From contig NC_002677.1 of assembly GCF_000195855.1 (NCBI RefSeq), positions 330,001 to 362,000 on the forward strand: a stretch of 32,000 nucleotides of DNA. Reading direction: 5' to 3'. The position numbers were made by a program, and so were the translations under genes. The notes beneath the pieces are model-generated. The model was given only the letters and a program-made list of their open reading frames with translations, searched no databases and was not told the DNA's origin. Positions 20,932 to 31,296 of the stretch are shown piece after piece. Each line of letters opens with the position of its first letter. Positions within the stretch are counted from its first letter, which is position 1. The DNA comes from Mycobacterium leprae TN (GTDB lineage Bacteria; Actinomycetota; Actinomycetes; Mycobacteriales; Mycobacteriaceae).

Positions 20932-21895
20932 TTAGACTTCCATTAAGAATTTCGTCGTATATGTGAGCACGTACATACAGTCACGAGTGATGGCCAGTTT
21001 TTCGTTGGTTGGCACCACAAGGACAGCAATCGGTGAGCTGTCCTGAGAAATGCACACAATCCCCCAGCTTTGGGCCTTGAGATCAAATTCCAGCCCTAGT
21101 CAAGCATGATGTCGAGTCCCGCTATGCTGAGTAACGCATCGCTACGCACCGTCGGGTTATTTTCGTCGATCCCTACGGTAAAGCTCACTGCATCAGTATG
21201 TCCCAGCATCGCAAGGTAGGGTCCGATGTACTTAGGTAACCGATTACGATGACCACATCGTGTGCTAAAATTATGCTGCACTGCAGCTTGATTCTATACA
21301 TCTCTTGTGGTGGAGAGGAAATAGCGCTTCCCGGTTAACCTGCCGGCTCCGACTGGTGATTGAGCATGGACTCGATCTCGTCGACATCTGTCTGAGCGCT
21401 GAGCCACAACTAGCTGATGACGCTAGGGGGCTATATGCATCACCGCGGGTGTTCATAACCAAACTCTCCAGCGGAGGCAGGATCACGGAAGTGTCGAGTA
21501 GCCTACTGACTGCGACCTCCTACCAAGGCTCCGGGACTTAGTTGCAACACAATCTGATTAAGACTGTGGTACGAACTGTCCAGGAAAGCGGCGGCCGGCC
21601 CGCTCACTTACCGATGCGACGTGCCATAAAATCCATAGCGGCGAATCTACTATCGCTCGACCAGCCGACGATCAATGGCGTATGTTGCAGCCGCTGGTTA
21701 TAGATCGTGAAAGAAAACTATGGCGAACACCACGATACGCGGAATGCTGTGCGGCCACTTTCGTGTCACCTCGAGTTCTTGCACCGCAGACGTCTTATGC
21801 AGCGTGGACAAGAGGCTGGCTTTACTCTCGTTGCCGACGTACACCACCCGATGCCCAACCGCCACCAGCCTGCAGTTCTGCAGGTCAACACCCGA
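20932..21895 (-). pseudogene. ackA: Acetate kinase pseudogene (N-terminal ~55 codons deleted, frameshifted)
   Basis: Minus-strand fragments colinear with AckA: GVDLQNCRLVAVGHRVVY, HSIPRIVVFAIVFFHDL*, LPPLESLVMNTRGDAYSP, YLAMLGHTDAVSFTVGIDENNPTVRSDAL, ISQDSSPIAVLVVPTNEKLAITRDC, then TAA (20932..20934). Several stops and frame changes are present. Confidence 0.82.
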
Positions 21896-22990
21896 TCGAG
21901 TATGTTGCTGCAAGCAATAGGTGACCATGGGCAGTATGGCAGCAGTCGGGATCGGGATGGCAAGCTGGGTCAACAGGTCCGCAACATCAACGTGGCGGTA
22001 CATCAGTTCCAGTGCAGATCGACCTTGTGCTGGCACGGTTGCCGCAAGCCGAGGTGGCCACGCTGGCCGTTCTGTAGGTACCCAGGGTGGTGGTGATCGG
22101 CAACCTCAGCCGCAGCCCCGATACCAACGCCGCGATCGACGGCTGCAGTTCGAACACACCGTTTAGGATGATGCACGAAAACTCCAGAAAACCTTTCGGC
22201 GGAATGGGAACTGGTTACGGCAAGCGCCACATCAGAGCGGTCACTGGGGTAATGACCGTCATCCCATCACACCGCCGTTCCAGCACATGGTCGGCGGGCA
22301 TCCTGGCGACCAACATGTCGGTGACCGCGCAATCCCACAGAGACACGTCACCGCTGACTGGCGTCCCGGTCACGGCCATCTTCAGTTCAGTCACGATCGA
22401 CGTCGCCAACAGGATCCGGGCTGGACAGCGTATAGCTGGGAGGGACGAACACGCGCAACGCCTCGCGCACGGACTCAAGTTGTACCGGTGGGCCACCACC
22501 ATCGAGGCGTGGGCACGCGGGGTGGCCAGTCTCTTAGGAACACCACCGACAAGACAACACCTACGAAAGGTGGTCGGGGCTGCGGGCATTGGCACTCACC
22601 GCGAGCAGCATAGGCGCTCCCTAGTTGACCGCGATGCGAACGTTGACCGAAAGTTTCAGTGGGATAAGCTCCCACTCCCAGGTCAAGGTAATCGTTGCCG
22701 ACAATCACGACGATGTCGCATGCCTCGGCCATCGCGTTATACTGTCGATAAGTCACACTAAAGCACCAGTTGATAGAGCAAACCCGGGGCGGTGTGAGCC
22801 AGCAGTAATTCCAGAGCGTAATGTAACAGATATCATTGAACCGAGTGATCGGCCAAACCACGCCGACTTTAGCGATCGTGGTGTGCAAGTAGGCTTCGGG
22901 GTCGTCAAGGGGTACCGATCTCGGGATGTCCAGTGCGATCGTCACCTTGCCGGACGCCGATTCAGGCGCGGCAATCGAGGTCGCCGGATT
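21896..22990 (-). pseudogene. pta: Phosphate acetyltransferase pseudogene (N-terminal ~400 codons only; catalytic PTA domain deleted)
   Basis: Fragments: SIAAPESASGKVTIALDI, IAKVGVVWPITRF, AMAEACDIVVIVGNDY, DVSLWDCAVTDMLVARMPADHVLERRCDGMTVITP, SALELMYRHVDVADLLTQLAIPIPT. They lie in different frames and no start codon is retained. The last fragment runs in frame into ackA sequence at about 21895. Confidence 0.82.
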
Positions 22991-23006
22991 CGGCGGCAGC
23001 CTGCCT

Positions 23007-24017
23007 TCAGCCCAGCCGCCGCAGCCGGGGCGCCAGATCTTTCTCAAACAACTCGAGGAAGCGGCGCTGGTTATGACCGGGAGCATGAAACACCAGATGA
23101 TTGAGGCCCCACGTCACATATTGACCAACCCTTGCTACGGCTTCATCAGGATCCGACACCACGATCCAGCGCTTGGCAACCTGCTCGATCGGCAGTGCGT
23201 CGGCGACCTTCTCCATCTCGATCGGGTCGTCAATGCTGTGCTTCTGCTCGGCGGCCAGCGATAGCGGCGCCCAGAACCGGATGTTGGACAGAGCCTGCTC
23301 GGGATCGGGGTCGTAGGACATCTTGATTTCGATCATCTTGTCGATGTCGTCAGCATCTCTGCCAGCCACTGCTGCCCCTTCTAGGACGGCAGGAATAAGC
23401 TTTTCAGTGTATAGTTCCTCCCCCTTGCCAGAGGTGCAGACGAAGCCTTCGCCGGCGCGACCGGCATATTTGGCCACCTCCGGGCCACCTGCGGCAATGT
23501 AGATTGGCACACCGCCTTCGGGTACGTCGTAAATCGACGCACCTTTGAGCTGGTAATAGTCGCCATCGAAGTCGACACGATCACCGCGCCACAGCTCCCG
23601 CATTAGCCGCACAGATTCACGCAGCCGGGCGAACCGCTCCTTGAACTCCGGCCAGGCACCCTGATACCCGGTGGCAACCTCGTTAAGCGCCTCACCAGTG
23701 CCAACTCCGAGAAAGACCCGGTTCGGATAGAGGCAGCCCATGGTGGCGAAGGCCTGCCCTATGACAGCAGGGTTGTAGCGAAACGTCGGGGTAAGTACCG
23801 AGGTACCCAGCAGAATCCGGTTAGTGCGTTCACCAACTGCAGTCATCCACGACAGTGAGAATGACGCGTGCCCGCCCTGGTGACGCCACGGCTGGAAATG
23901 ATCGCTGACGGTAGCGCTGTCCATCCCGTGAGCTTCGGCGGCAACCCCGAGTTCGACTAGTTCACGCGGTGCGAATTGTTCAGCTGACGCCTTGTATCCA
24001 AGTCTCAATTCAGCCAT
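23007..24017 (-). CDS. fgd: F420-dependent glucose-6-phosphate dehydrogenase
   Basis: 336 aa with GAGGAG upstream of the ATG. It is near-identical in pattern to mycobacterial FGD1 (Rv0407): [51 protein letters not shown], and the C-terminal LAPRLRRLG. Confidence 0.95.
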   Translation of the reverse strand: MAELRLGYKASAEQFAPRELVELGVAAEAHGMDSATVSDHFQPWRHQGGHASFSLSWMTAVGERTNRILLGTSVLTPTFRYNPAVIGQAFATMGCLYPNRVFLGVGTGEALNEVATGYQGAWPEFKERFARLRESVRLMRELWRGDRVDFDGDYYQLKGASIYDVPEGGVPIYIAAGGPEVAKYAGRAGEGFVCTSGKGEELYTEKLIPAVLEGAAVAGRDADDIDKMIEIKMSYDPDPEQALSNIRFWAPLSLAAEQKHSIDDPIEMEKVADALPIEQVAKRWIVVSDPDEAVARVGQYVTWGLNHLVFHAPGHNQRRFLELFEKDLAPRLRRLG

Positions 24018-24104
24018 TAGTTCTTTCTACTCCTCGTGGCCGATTGCAAGCGCAGCTGAGCCGGGCGCAGCAGGTCTCCACACATCAGACTTAGACTCTC
24101 CGAC

Positions 24105-24860
24105 ATGGCAGCGGCGACTCTCTTCCAGGTCACCGATTCGGTGCATTTTGCTCGCGGCGACGCGGTGAACTGGGCACTAGTGGCCGATGACACTGGCGTC
24201 ATGTTGATCGACACCGGCTATCCTGGCGACCGCGATGACGTGGTGGCCTCACTGCGCCAACTTGGCTATGAGGCCGGCGATGTGCGCGCCATTCTGTTGA
24301 CCCACGCACACATCGACCATATGGGTTCAGCGATCTGGTTCGCCAGCAAACACCGTACTCCAGTATATTGCCATGCCGACGAGGTTGGACACACCAAACG
24401 GGAGTACTTAGAACAGGTTTCGTTGCTCAATATCGCTATGCGTGTGTGGCAGCCACGGTGGGCGATCTGGTCCGGTCACGTGCTTCGTAGTGGCGGCCTG
24501 ATCCGCGGCGGTATCCCGACCGCCCAGCCGCTGACTGCGGAGACGGCCGCCGGGCTGCCGGGTCACCCGATGGCTATTTTCACTCCGGGGCACACCGGCG
24601 GGCATTGCTCATATGTCGTCGACGGCGTGCTGATCAGTGGTGACGCACTTATAACCGGCCATCCGCTGCTGCGTCACCGTGGGCCGCAGCTACTGACGGC
24701 CGTGTTCAGCCATAGCCAGAAGCAGTGTCTGCGCAGCCTGGACGCGCTGGGCCTGCTGGAAACCCGCATCCTGGCGCCCGGCCACGGCGAGCTATGGCAC
24801 GGCCCCATCCGCGAGGCCACGGAAGCGGCGTTGAAACAAGCCGGAGCGCTAACGCGTTGA
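24105..24860 (+). CDS. MBL-fold metallo-hydrolase (Rv0406c-like)
   Basis: 251 aa with the HxHxDH motif (LTHAHIDHMGS) plus the downstream TPGHTGGH and GD ligand motifs. It is divergent from fgd, as in M. tuberculosis. Confidence 0.85.
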   Translation: MAAATLFQVTDSVHFARGDAVNWALVADDTGVMLIDTGYPGDRDDVVASLRQLGYEAGDVRAILLTHAHIDHMGSAIWFASKHRTPVYCHADEVGHTKREYLEQVSLLNIAMRVWQPRWAIWSGHVLRSGGLIRGGIPTAQPLTAETAAGLPGHPMAIFTPGHTGGHCSYVVDGVLISGDALITGHPLLRHRGPQLLTAVFSHSQKQCLRSLDALGLLETRILAPGHGELWHGPIREATEAALKQAGALTR

Positions 24861-25220
24861 GCGACGCCTCAAGATCAGCTCAACGACAGCACGCCAACCA
24901 AGGAACAATGCCGCGGTAGTCGATGCAGCTACCACCATGAAATTCGCGACCACACCTGCGGAGCTAGCTTTGCGCAACGCCACACCGACCACCACGGTGC
25001 ACAACCAGACAACGACACCGGTGGGGACAACAGCCGTGGGCCGCTGCCAGCCGCGAGACGCCAGCCACCCAATAGCCGTTCCGGTAAGAAACGGCCACAA
25101 AGTAACTGCGAGGTCGGCGACGGTGAGGCCTTCGGCATGACTGCAGCGCCCGACAGCGCAGAACACCGACACAGCGACGATGTCGGTAGCTAGCCATGCC
25201 AGCGCTTGCCCCAGCCGCAT
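24849..25220 (-). CDS. DUF3054 family small membrane protein (Rv0401-like)
   Basis: 123 aa with four predicted TM segments and a basic C-terminal tail. This is the same length as the Rv0401 protein as I remember it. Its 3' end overlaps the MBL gene by 12 nt in convergent orientation. Confidence 0.7.
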   Translation of the reverse strand: MRLGQALAWLATDIVAVSVFCAVGRCSHAEGLTVADLAVTLWPFLTGTAIGWLASRGWQRPTAVVPTGVVVWLCTVVVGVALRKASSAGVVANFMVVAASTTAALFLGWRAVVELILRRRSTR

Positions 25221-25299
25221 GCAGCAAGACTACGCGACTATTTGACCCCACCACGGTGGTGAACCTAGATTTAGTCGGCACTGAAGCACCGATTCGCAC

Positions 25300-25925
25300 G
25301 CACGACTTGAGGGGGCGACCGGCGCTGGATCGGCTATCGGCAAGGCAATAGCGCTGGCGTTCGCCGCACAAGGCGGCCAGGTCGTGACTACTGACCTCGA
25401 CGAGGCCGCATCTACGTCCACCGCGGATCAGTAACCCCAGCCGGTCACCGCGCTGCCGATAGATATCGCCGAACCAGACCAAGTCGCCGCCTTGCGTGAT
25501 CGTATCCGAGCTGAGGCCGGCGTAACCAACACCGTGATCAACACAACCTGTTGAGACAGAAATAACTAATTCATCAACGCTACAACAGAATTCGTGGAAA
25601 AATAGCAATAATCAACTACCTGGGGCCGTTTCACCGCTGCGGTACTTTCATGCTATCGACGTTGAGGCACACGCTGGCACGAAGGGTGGGGTCATCGTGA
25701 CACCGTTGGCCAGATTATGGTCCATGCGTGTGCCCAGTTCCGGCCAACATGCCGCTGTTTCACGCACAACCCATGAAATTGAAAGAGACTCGGGTCAAAG
25801 CGATTCCGCTCCGACATCTGAGCCAGACCTAGAAGGTCAACGCCCCGGTGTTTTTCGTGTCTGAAGCTGAATCGTTTATTACCGGTCAGGTGATCAGTGC
25901 CAGCGGTGGCTTAACAATGGCAGCC
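25300..25925 (+). pseudogene. Short-chain dehydrogenase/reductase (SDR) pseudogene
   Basis: GATGAGSAIGKAIALAFAAQGGQVVTTDLDEAA (the TGxxxGIG Rossmann motif) is followed by a stop. The central part is unreadable. The C-terminus FFVSEAESFITGQVISASGGLTM is typical of SDRs. Confidence 0.72.
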
Positions 25926-25949
25926 TGCCCATATGAGGGCACACAAGCA

Positions 25950-26700
25950 TCGCCCGCCTTCGACCGATATAACCTGCTCGTCCTGGATGCATCTCTGCCA
26001 AGCGATAAGATCGTTGTGCGCGACGCGGGCAGAAAGTTTCCACAGAGCATGTCACCAATATACTGCCGACTGGTTCGAAATCGATGACCTTCCGATCCAC
26101 GAACTTGCAAAACAGTTCAGCGGACTCAGGCTGCTAAGCATGCACTTCCCCGGAGTCGGATGTAATAAATGTAATAATAGTAGCTCAGCCGTGCACTACT
26201 GCCTGGCCTGTGTAAAACAGGAGACCACTGACTCCAGTATCTAGTCAATGGTCTAAGTGCAAGGCTAGCTGGCGATGTTAGCGATCCGGAAAATGAGTCC
26301 GAAGAGCAGAAGCAGCGCTGGCTTCCGGTGAACTGCTCGGCTGCTTCGGGTTGACCGAGCCCAACGTCAGATACGATCCAGCCGCGATGAAAACTCGGTA
26401 ACGACGACTTGGATTGGAGCATCAACGGTCGCAAGATGTGAATCACCAACGGCTCGGTTGCCGATACCGTGATCGTGTTAGCCAGCACCAGAACCGCCGC
26501 CTCAAAGTCTGATGACGACGCAGAGTTAGGGGCACGGGCCTAACGACGGAGCAACAGGCAATGGGGAGGCACGATGCTGGTCATCACCAAGAGTTCGTTC
26601 CCAAACGTCGAGGCGTTGTCCGGGGATCTGATTAGTCCGCCTGTCGCTGCAACACATTAACCGTATAGTGATAGAAATTGTTGTTGAACAACATCATTAC
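25950..26700 (+). pseudogene. Acyl-CoA dehydrogenase pseudogene (glutaryl-CoA dehydrogenase-like; fadE7-like by position)
   Basis: HELAKQFSGLRLLSMHFPGVGC..SAVHYCLACVKQETTDSSI*, then ..VQG.LAMLAI.., [11 protein letters not shown] / [24 protein letters not shown] / DWSINGRKM*ITNGSVADTVIVLA. Stops and frame changes occur throughout. Confidence 0.75.
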
Positions 26701-26949
26701 ATTCAAAGTGAACGAAAGAACCAGCACAGTCAGGAATCAGCCAAGGCCTTCGAAAGCTAACCCTGCGCTGCCGACGCAACGAGGGCATTGAGCAGTGCGG
26801 TAACGAAAAGTTGCACGTTGCCAAGGTAGCAACCTAGCTTCCCCAACGATATCTACACCTCCGTTCACGCCGATAAGCACGGCTTCAAGCCTGGTTGGCG
26901 TGGCTGATGCTGCCCCCGTATGACCTTGATTGGCCATCGGAACCGGATC

Positions 26950-27540
26950 GCCGCCTGGTCTACCTAGGGACCCCCTTCTTGGGTCTGACTCGTGACCAGA
27001 CGACCTTACCAGCCAGATGGTATAGATCTACATGCCCAGACTGGTCATGAACTGTATGGGGAAACACACGCAGACACAAAGGAGTGCTTGCTACCGACGA
27101 AGAGGCTGAACACGCCGAACAGTCGACCGCCGGCTAACGGTCGCAGCGTCCTGGCGGTTGGCCGAATACGTGTGTTCTACTAGAGTAGTTCTGGATGCCA
27201 TCCAGCTCCCGGCCCAAGCGAGAACGCACTGAGTGTACGCGTCTTAGGAGCTCTATTTCCCTGAGTTAACGCAAACGGGGCATGTCGTGACCGGATTCCG
27301 ATACAATGCGGATTCCTCACCGGAAGACAGCCAGGCTGTCATGACTGAGTAAACACTCGGCATATTGATTGTTATCAATGGCGATTGCCGCTTTCCGTTG
27401 AGACAGGACAGCATCCACCCACCGTCAAGCTAGAACTGGTACTATTCTCCCCAGAACGCCGCGGTTTTCATCGCCATCTCCTACTGCAGATGCAATCTGA
27501 ATACGTACAAACTACACCGCTGCTCGGCAATCGCGCACTG
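26950..27540 (+). pseudogene. Possible type II NADH dehydrogenase (ndhA-like) remnant
   Basis: The evidence is weak: VINGDCR (cf. the GDCA motif) and GIDLHAQTGHEL (cf. GVE..LG..V). The position convergent with metZ matches Rv0392c. There is no long ORF. Confidence 0.3.
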
Positions 27541-27556
27541 CATCCGGCTAGCGCTA

Positions 27557-28777
27557 CTAGCTCAGGGCCTGATCAATATCAGCGATCAGATCGGCGGCGT
27601 CTTCGAGGCCAATGGAGATGCGTACCACACCGTCACCGAGCCCGATCGCAGCACGGCCCTCCGGGCCCATCGCGCGGTGAGTGGTAGTCGCCGGGTGCGT
27701 AATAAGCGATTTAACGTCACCGAAGTTGTTAGAAATATCGATCAGCCGCAGCCTGTCCAATACTTCGAAGGCTCGTTGCTTAGCGGCGTCCTCCGGAGAA
27801 TTGAGCGCAAAGGTCACCACCGTTCCACCACCAGACATTTGGCGCTTCGCCAGGTCGTACTGCGGATGCGACACCAAAAATGGATAGCGCACCCAACTCA
27901 CCGCCGGGTGCTTCTCCAAGAACTCTGCAATACGGTGCGCCGAGGAATTACAGTGATCGACCCTAATCGCAAGTGTCTCAAGACCTTTCAGCAATATCCA
28001 GGCATTGAAAGCGCTCATTGCTGGGCCAGTGTGGCGCATCAGCTTTTGCACAGGACCGTCGATGTAATCCCTGTCACCCAGAATGGCACCGCCCAACACC
28101 CGCCCCTGGCCGTCGATGTGTTTAGTACCTGAATAGATTACCACGTCAACCCCGAGCGGTAAACCGTGCTGCAGTAGTGGTGTAGCAAAGGCATTGTCCA
28201 GAACAACTTTTGCTCCAGCCGCGTGAGCCAACTCAGTCACGGCCGCGATATCTACCAGCGACTGCATCGGATTCGAGGGCGTCTCAAAGAACACCGCTTG
28301 AGTTGGAACCGAAAGCGCCTGCTCCCATTGCACAAGGTCTTCGCCGTCGACGAAGACGGTCTCGACACCCCACCGCGGTAGAATTTCATTGCACACCACG
28401 AAACATGACCCAAACAGACTGCGCGCGGCCACCAACCGGTCGCCGGAGGCCAACAACGCACCTAGCGAAGTGAAAACCGCAGCCATGCCGCTCGCGGTGA
28501 CGAACGCCGCAGGGGCTCCCTCGATCAGGCGTAACCGTTCCTCGAACATCGTCACGGTAGGGTTGCCGTAACGCGAATACACAAAGTGGTCCAGCTCGCC
28601 GGTGAACGACTTTTCTGCAACGACCGCTGACTCGTAGACGTAACCAGACGTCAAGTACATCGTCTCGGCGGTTTCTTCGAACCGGGACCGTAACAGGCCA
28701 CCACGGACGCCCACGGTTGCCGCGGTGACGCCGTCCGGCAAAGCCTTAGGCGTGCGAACAGAGCGGTCGTCGGTCAT
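27557..28777 (-). CDS. metZ: O-succinylhomoserine sulfhydrylase
   Basis: The ORF runs 27557..28870. Conserved sequence starts at MTDDRSVRTPKALPDG (ATG 28777, GGAGA upstream), giving 406 aa like Rv0391. The PLP-lysine motif YSGTKHIDGQG and the Cys/Met-metabolism family signature are intact. Confidence 0.93.
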   Translation of the reverse strand: MTDDRSVRTPKALPDGVTAATVGVRGGLLRSRFEETAETMYLTSGYVYESAVVAEKSFTGELDHFVYSRYGNPTVTMFEERLRLIEGAPAAFVTASGMAAVFTSLGALLASGDRLVAARSLFGSCFVVCNEILPRWGVETVFVDGEDLVQWEQALSVPTQAVFFETPSNPMQSLVDIAAVTELAHAAGAKVVLDNAFATPLLQHGLPLGVDVVIYSGTKHIDGQGRVLGGAILGDRDYIDGPVQKLMRHTGPAMSAFNAWILLKGLETLAIRVDHCNSSAHRIAEFLEKHPAVSWVRYPFLVSHPQYDLAKRQMSGGGTVVTFALNSPEDAAKQRAFEVLDRLRLIDISNNFGDVKSLITHPATTTHRAMGPEGRAAIGLGDGVVRISIGLEDAADLIADIDQALS

Positions 28778-28833
28778 TTGCGCCGGGTCTCCAACGCACG
28801 CGGAAGCTGCCCCCACCTCATCACTGGCGCGAG

Positions 28834-29277
28834 TCACAGCTGCTTCCACGGCAACCCAACCGCACGCCAACCGGTTTCACCGCGGTGACCTTCTGCATTA
28901 AGATGGCCCTCGAAACCATCCAATATATTGTACGATGGAGAGATTCCTGCATCGGTCGCGACCTGCGCAGCGCCCATAGAACGGTGGCCCGAACGACACA
29001 GGAACACCACCGGGCGTTCTCCCCGCTCGGCGTTTGCTGGCGGGATCCGCTCCTGCAACTCAGCGAGGAAATTCACGTTTGGCAGGCCGTCAGATGTGTT
29101 CCATTCGATGTACACCACCTCGCGGCCAAGACTTGACGTGTCGGGTACCCCGACGAACCGCCATTCAGCGTCGGTGCGCACATCGACCAACACCGTGTGC
29201 GGGTTGTCACTAAGCATCTTCCATGCCTGCAGTGGGGTGATATCCCCTGCATAGGGACGGTTCATTTCTGTGCTCAT
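28834..29277 (-). CDS. Rhodanese-domain sulfurtransferase (Rv0390-like)
   Basis: 147 aa with the active-site loop CRSGHRS in the typical context VVFLCRSGHRSMGAA. It is co-oriented with metZ and lies 56 nt upstream of it. Confidence 0.85.
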   Translation of the reverse strand: MSTEMNRPYAGDITPLQAWKMLSDNPHTVLVDVRTDAEWRFVGVPDTSSLGREVVYIEWNTSDGLPNVNFLAELQERIPPANAERGERPVVFLCRSGHRSMGAAQVATDAGISPSYNILDGFEGHLNAEGHRGETGWRAVGLPWKQL

Positions 29278-29899
29278 AGGTGTTTTACCTGGTACTTTCC
29301 ATCTTCTAAGGATTCCTGATATCAGCGCCTGAGAACCACCCCCAGTGATCCCGAGAAGGCAAACCCATCAATGAGCATATCCACGGCGTGACGCGTCGTC
29401 CTGCCGAGTGGCGGTTCCCCGGGTAGCCAGAAACATACGGCGTCTAATGGATCGGCTCACACCGAAATAAATCCCTCTCGGACCTGGAACTTATGGCTGG
29501 CCGTATAGCCAGAACATCCGAAGGTCGCTTTCTGGCACCCAAAGCGCGCACCAGTTAGGGCGTCGGCAGTGGGCTCGTTGGTGAGCTGGCAGAGACCAAC
29601 AATCGCCGTCGTTTCATCCCTTGCGGTAGCTCGACGGGCGCTTGTGTGTCAGTGGGATCGTACTTCCCGTCAGTCCCCCACTCACCCTCTCGCTCGGTCG
29701 AATGGCCCCGCAGGCGGAGTCAAACTATCCATGTTGCTCTGGGATAGGTGCTTGGCGGGGGACTGGTGGCGTTCCCAACCTAAGCTATCTAAGCAACCCG
29801 CATAAGAGTGAAATCGCTCCTCGGCTCAATGGTGTTCGGACCGGCCCAATCGGATTGCTCCCCAGGTGGCTGGCCTCCTAGCACCGATTTCGCTAGTAC

Positions 29900-31250
29900 C
29901 TGACGTCAGCGGGTAGGACCGAGAGCCCCCACTAACCGCAGGAAGGCTCGTCGCAGATCTGAAAGTTCGGTAAGTAGAAATCCATGTCCTCAGTGACAAC
30001 ACAACAGGAAATATTGAGAACGGCCACAAGGGATTTGGGCAACCATCAGTTCGGCGATGAGTGAGCCCAAGCTGCCGCTATTCACAACCAGTTCGCGTGG
30101 CCATGCTGGCTGCAACGCGGGCTCATATGCAGACACCAAGCCTGTCAACGCGGTCGCCGTTGGCGCCGGTAGGAAATAGCCATGCTGGAGTTATGAGGTT
30201 CCCCCCGGAAATCAAGTCCACCAGAATTATTCCGGCCCCGACTTGAAGCCGATAGTCGCAACGACGACAGTCCGGCAGAAGCTGGCTACGAAACCGTACT
30301 CAACTAGCAACTTCTTACGAATCAGTGATTTCTGGGCTCATCAGCCAATACATAGCAGTTTCCCTCGTCACTGGCGATGGTTGGCCGCGGAGGCCCCTTC
30401 GTGGCGTGGATCAGGAACCACCGCCGCCCCGGCCGTGGAATCCGCTCCCAGACCCTGGCGGCGATGAAAGCCTAAGGCAGCCCACTCGATGACAATGACA
30501 GTACCCTTATCAACAAACGCAGCATGGTGACCTCTCTGACCCAGACCAATATCCTGTATCCTGTGCCGAAACACCCCGGCAATCGCAGCCATCGAAGCCC
30601 AATACAGCGAAATGGAGGACCAGGACATCGGCGCAATAGGACAGCTACGTCGGCTCTTCGACGGCTACTGTCGCGGAGTACACCAGCGACGCTACGCCGC
30701 TGTTGAGCCAAGCGGTGACACCGAAAACCGCGGCAGCCGTGCCGGGCTGGCCCACACCTCTTCTCTCAGATCTTAACCTTCCGATGCACGCACCTGTTGC
30801 TGTTTCGTTTGGCAGCATGGGCATAAGCGGCGGGACAGCTAGGGGGAGTCCACACACAACGATGAAATGGCTGGCCGCGAAGACTCCATCCCCTGCCGTT
30901 GATATAGTCTATCGGCGACAGCGGTTGCCGGTCGAGCTGCCATAGTCAGCGAGCTTTTGGTTCCTCAGACCTAGGGTCGTTCCGTCAGCGGTATGCAGAA
31001 TCCCGGCGATGTTGCCCAGCGCTGCCCCCGCTATAATCGAGCAATATGATTCGGACAGCCCTCATACCGGCATCGCGTTAGCCAGTTTGGTCGGCAGAGG
31101 CATGACCGGCCTTGCGGTCCGGGGGCTGCTCCCCATCGACCCCTGCACCGACGACCCCACCTGGGAGCCACTCGGCAGACTCCGGATTAGCCATATCCAA
31201 CTCTACGCCGCCCTCGTCGTCCTCCCAACCTTGTCGGACGTACCAGCACT
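29900..31250 (-). pseudogene. Possible APC-family amino-acid permease pseudogene
   Basis: Hydrophobic permease-like fragments in shifting frames: SIIAGAALGNIAGILHTADG, FIVVCGLPLAVPPLMPMLPNE, FGVTAWLNSGVASLVYSATVAVEE, ISLYWASMAAIAG. There are many stops and the family call is tentative. Confidence 0.3.
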
Positions 31251-31296
31251 GTGGTGCCGCCGCAGAACCAACAATCGGTTAGCCAAAAATACCTCC

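Noticed and set aside
22087-22761. 224-aa ORF on the plus strand (and the overlapping 159-aa ORF at 22625..23104)
   Set aside because: It is antisense to the pta pseudogene and the fgd 3' end. It is Arg/Thr/Ser-rich with no motifs, whereas the minus strand carries clear Pta homology.
22475-23086. 203-aa minus-strand ORF as a possible intact pta
   Set aside because: Only the central part is Pta-like. The ORF start lies inside fgd in a different frame, and the Pta homology leaves this frame after about 150 codons. It was therefore treated as part of the pta pseudogene.
24964-25608. 214-aa ORF on the minus strand
   Set aside because: It overlaps the DUF3054 gene in another frame and runs antisense to the SDR pseudogene. 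The sequence is Arg/Cys-rich nonsense.
26737-26937. 66-aa minus-strand ORF with a GHTG motif, as a beta-lactamase/LpqK-like remnant
   Set aside because: A single tetrapeptide is insufficient, and the plus strand of the same region is the more plausible coding strand by synteny.
29278-29560. Possible SAM or other riboswitch in the leader of rhodanese-metZ
   Set aside because: I could not match the sequence to the SAM-IV, SAM-I or SAM-II consensus elements I remember. Only a small palindrome (ctgatatcag) is present. A covariance-model scan is needed before any claim.
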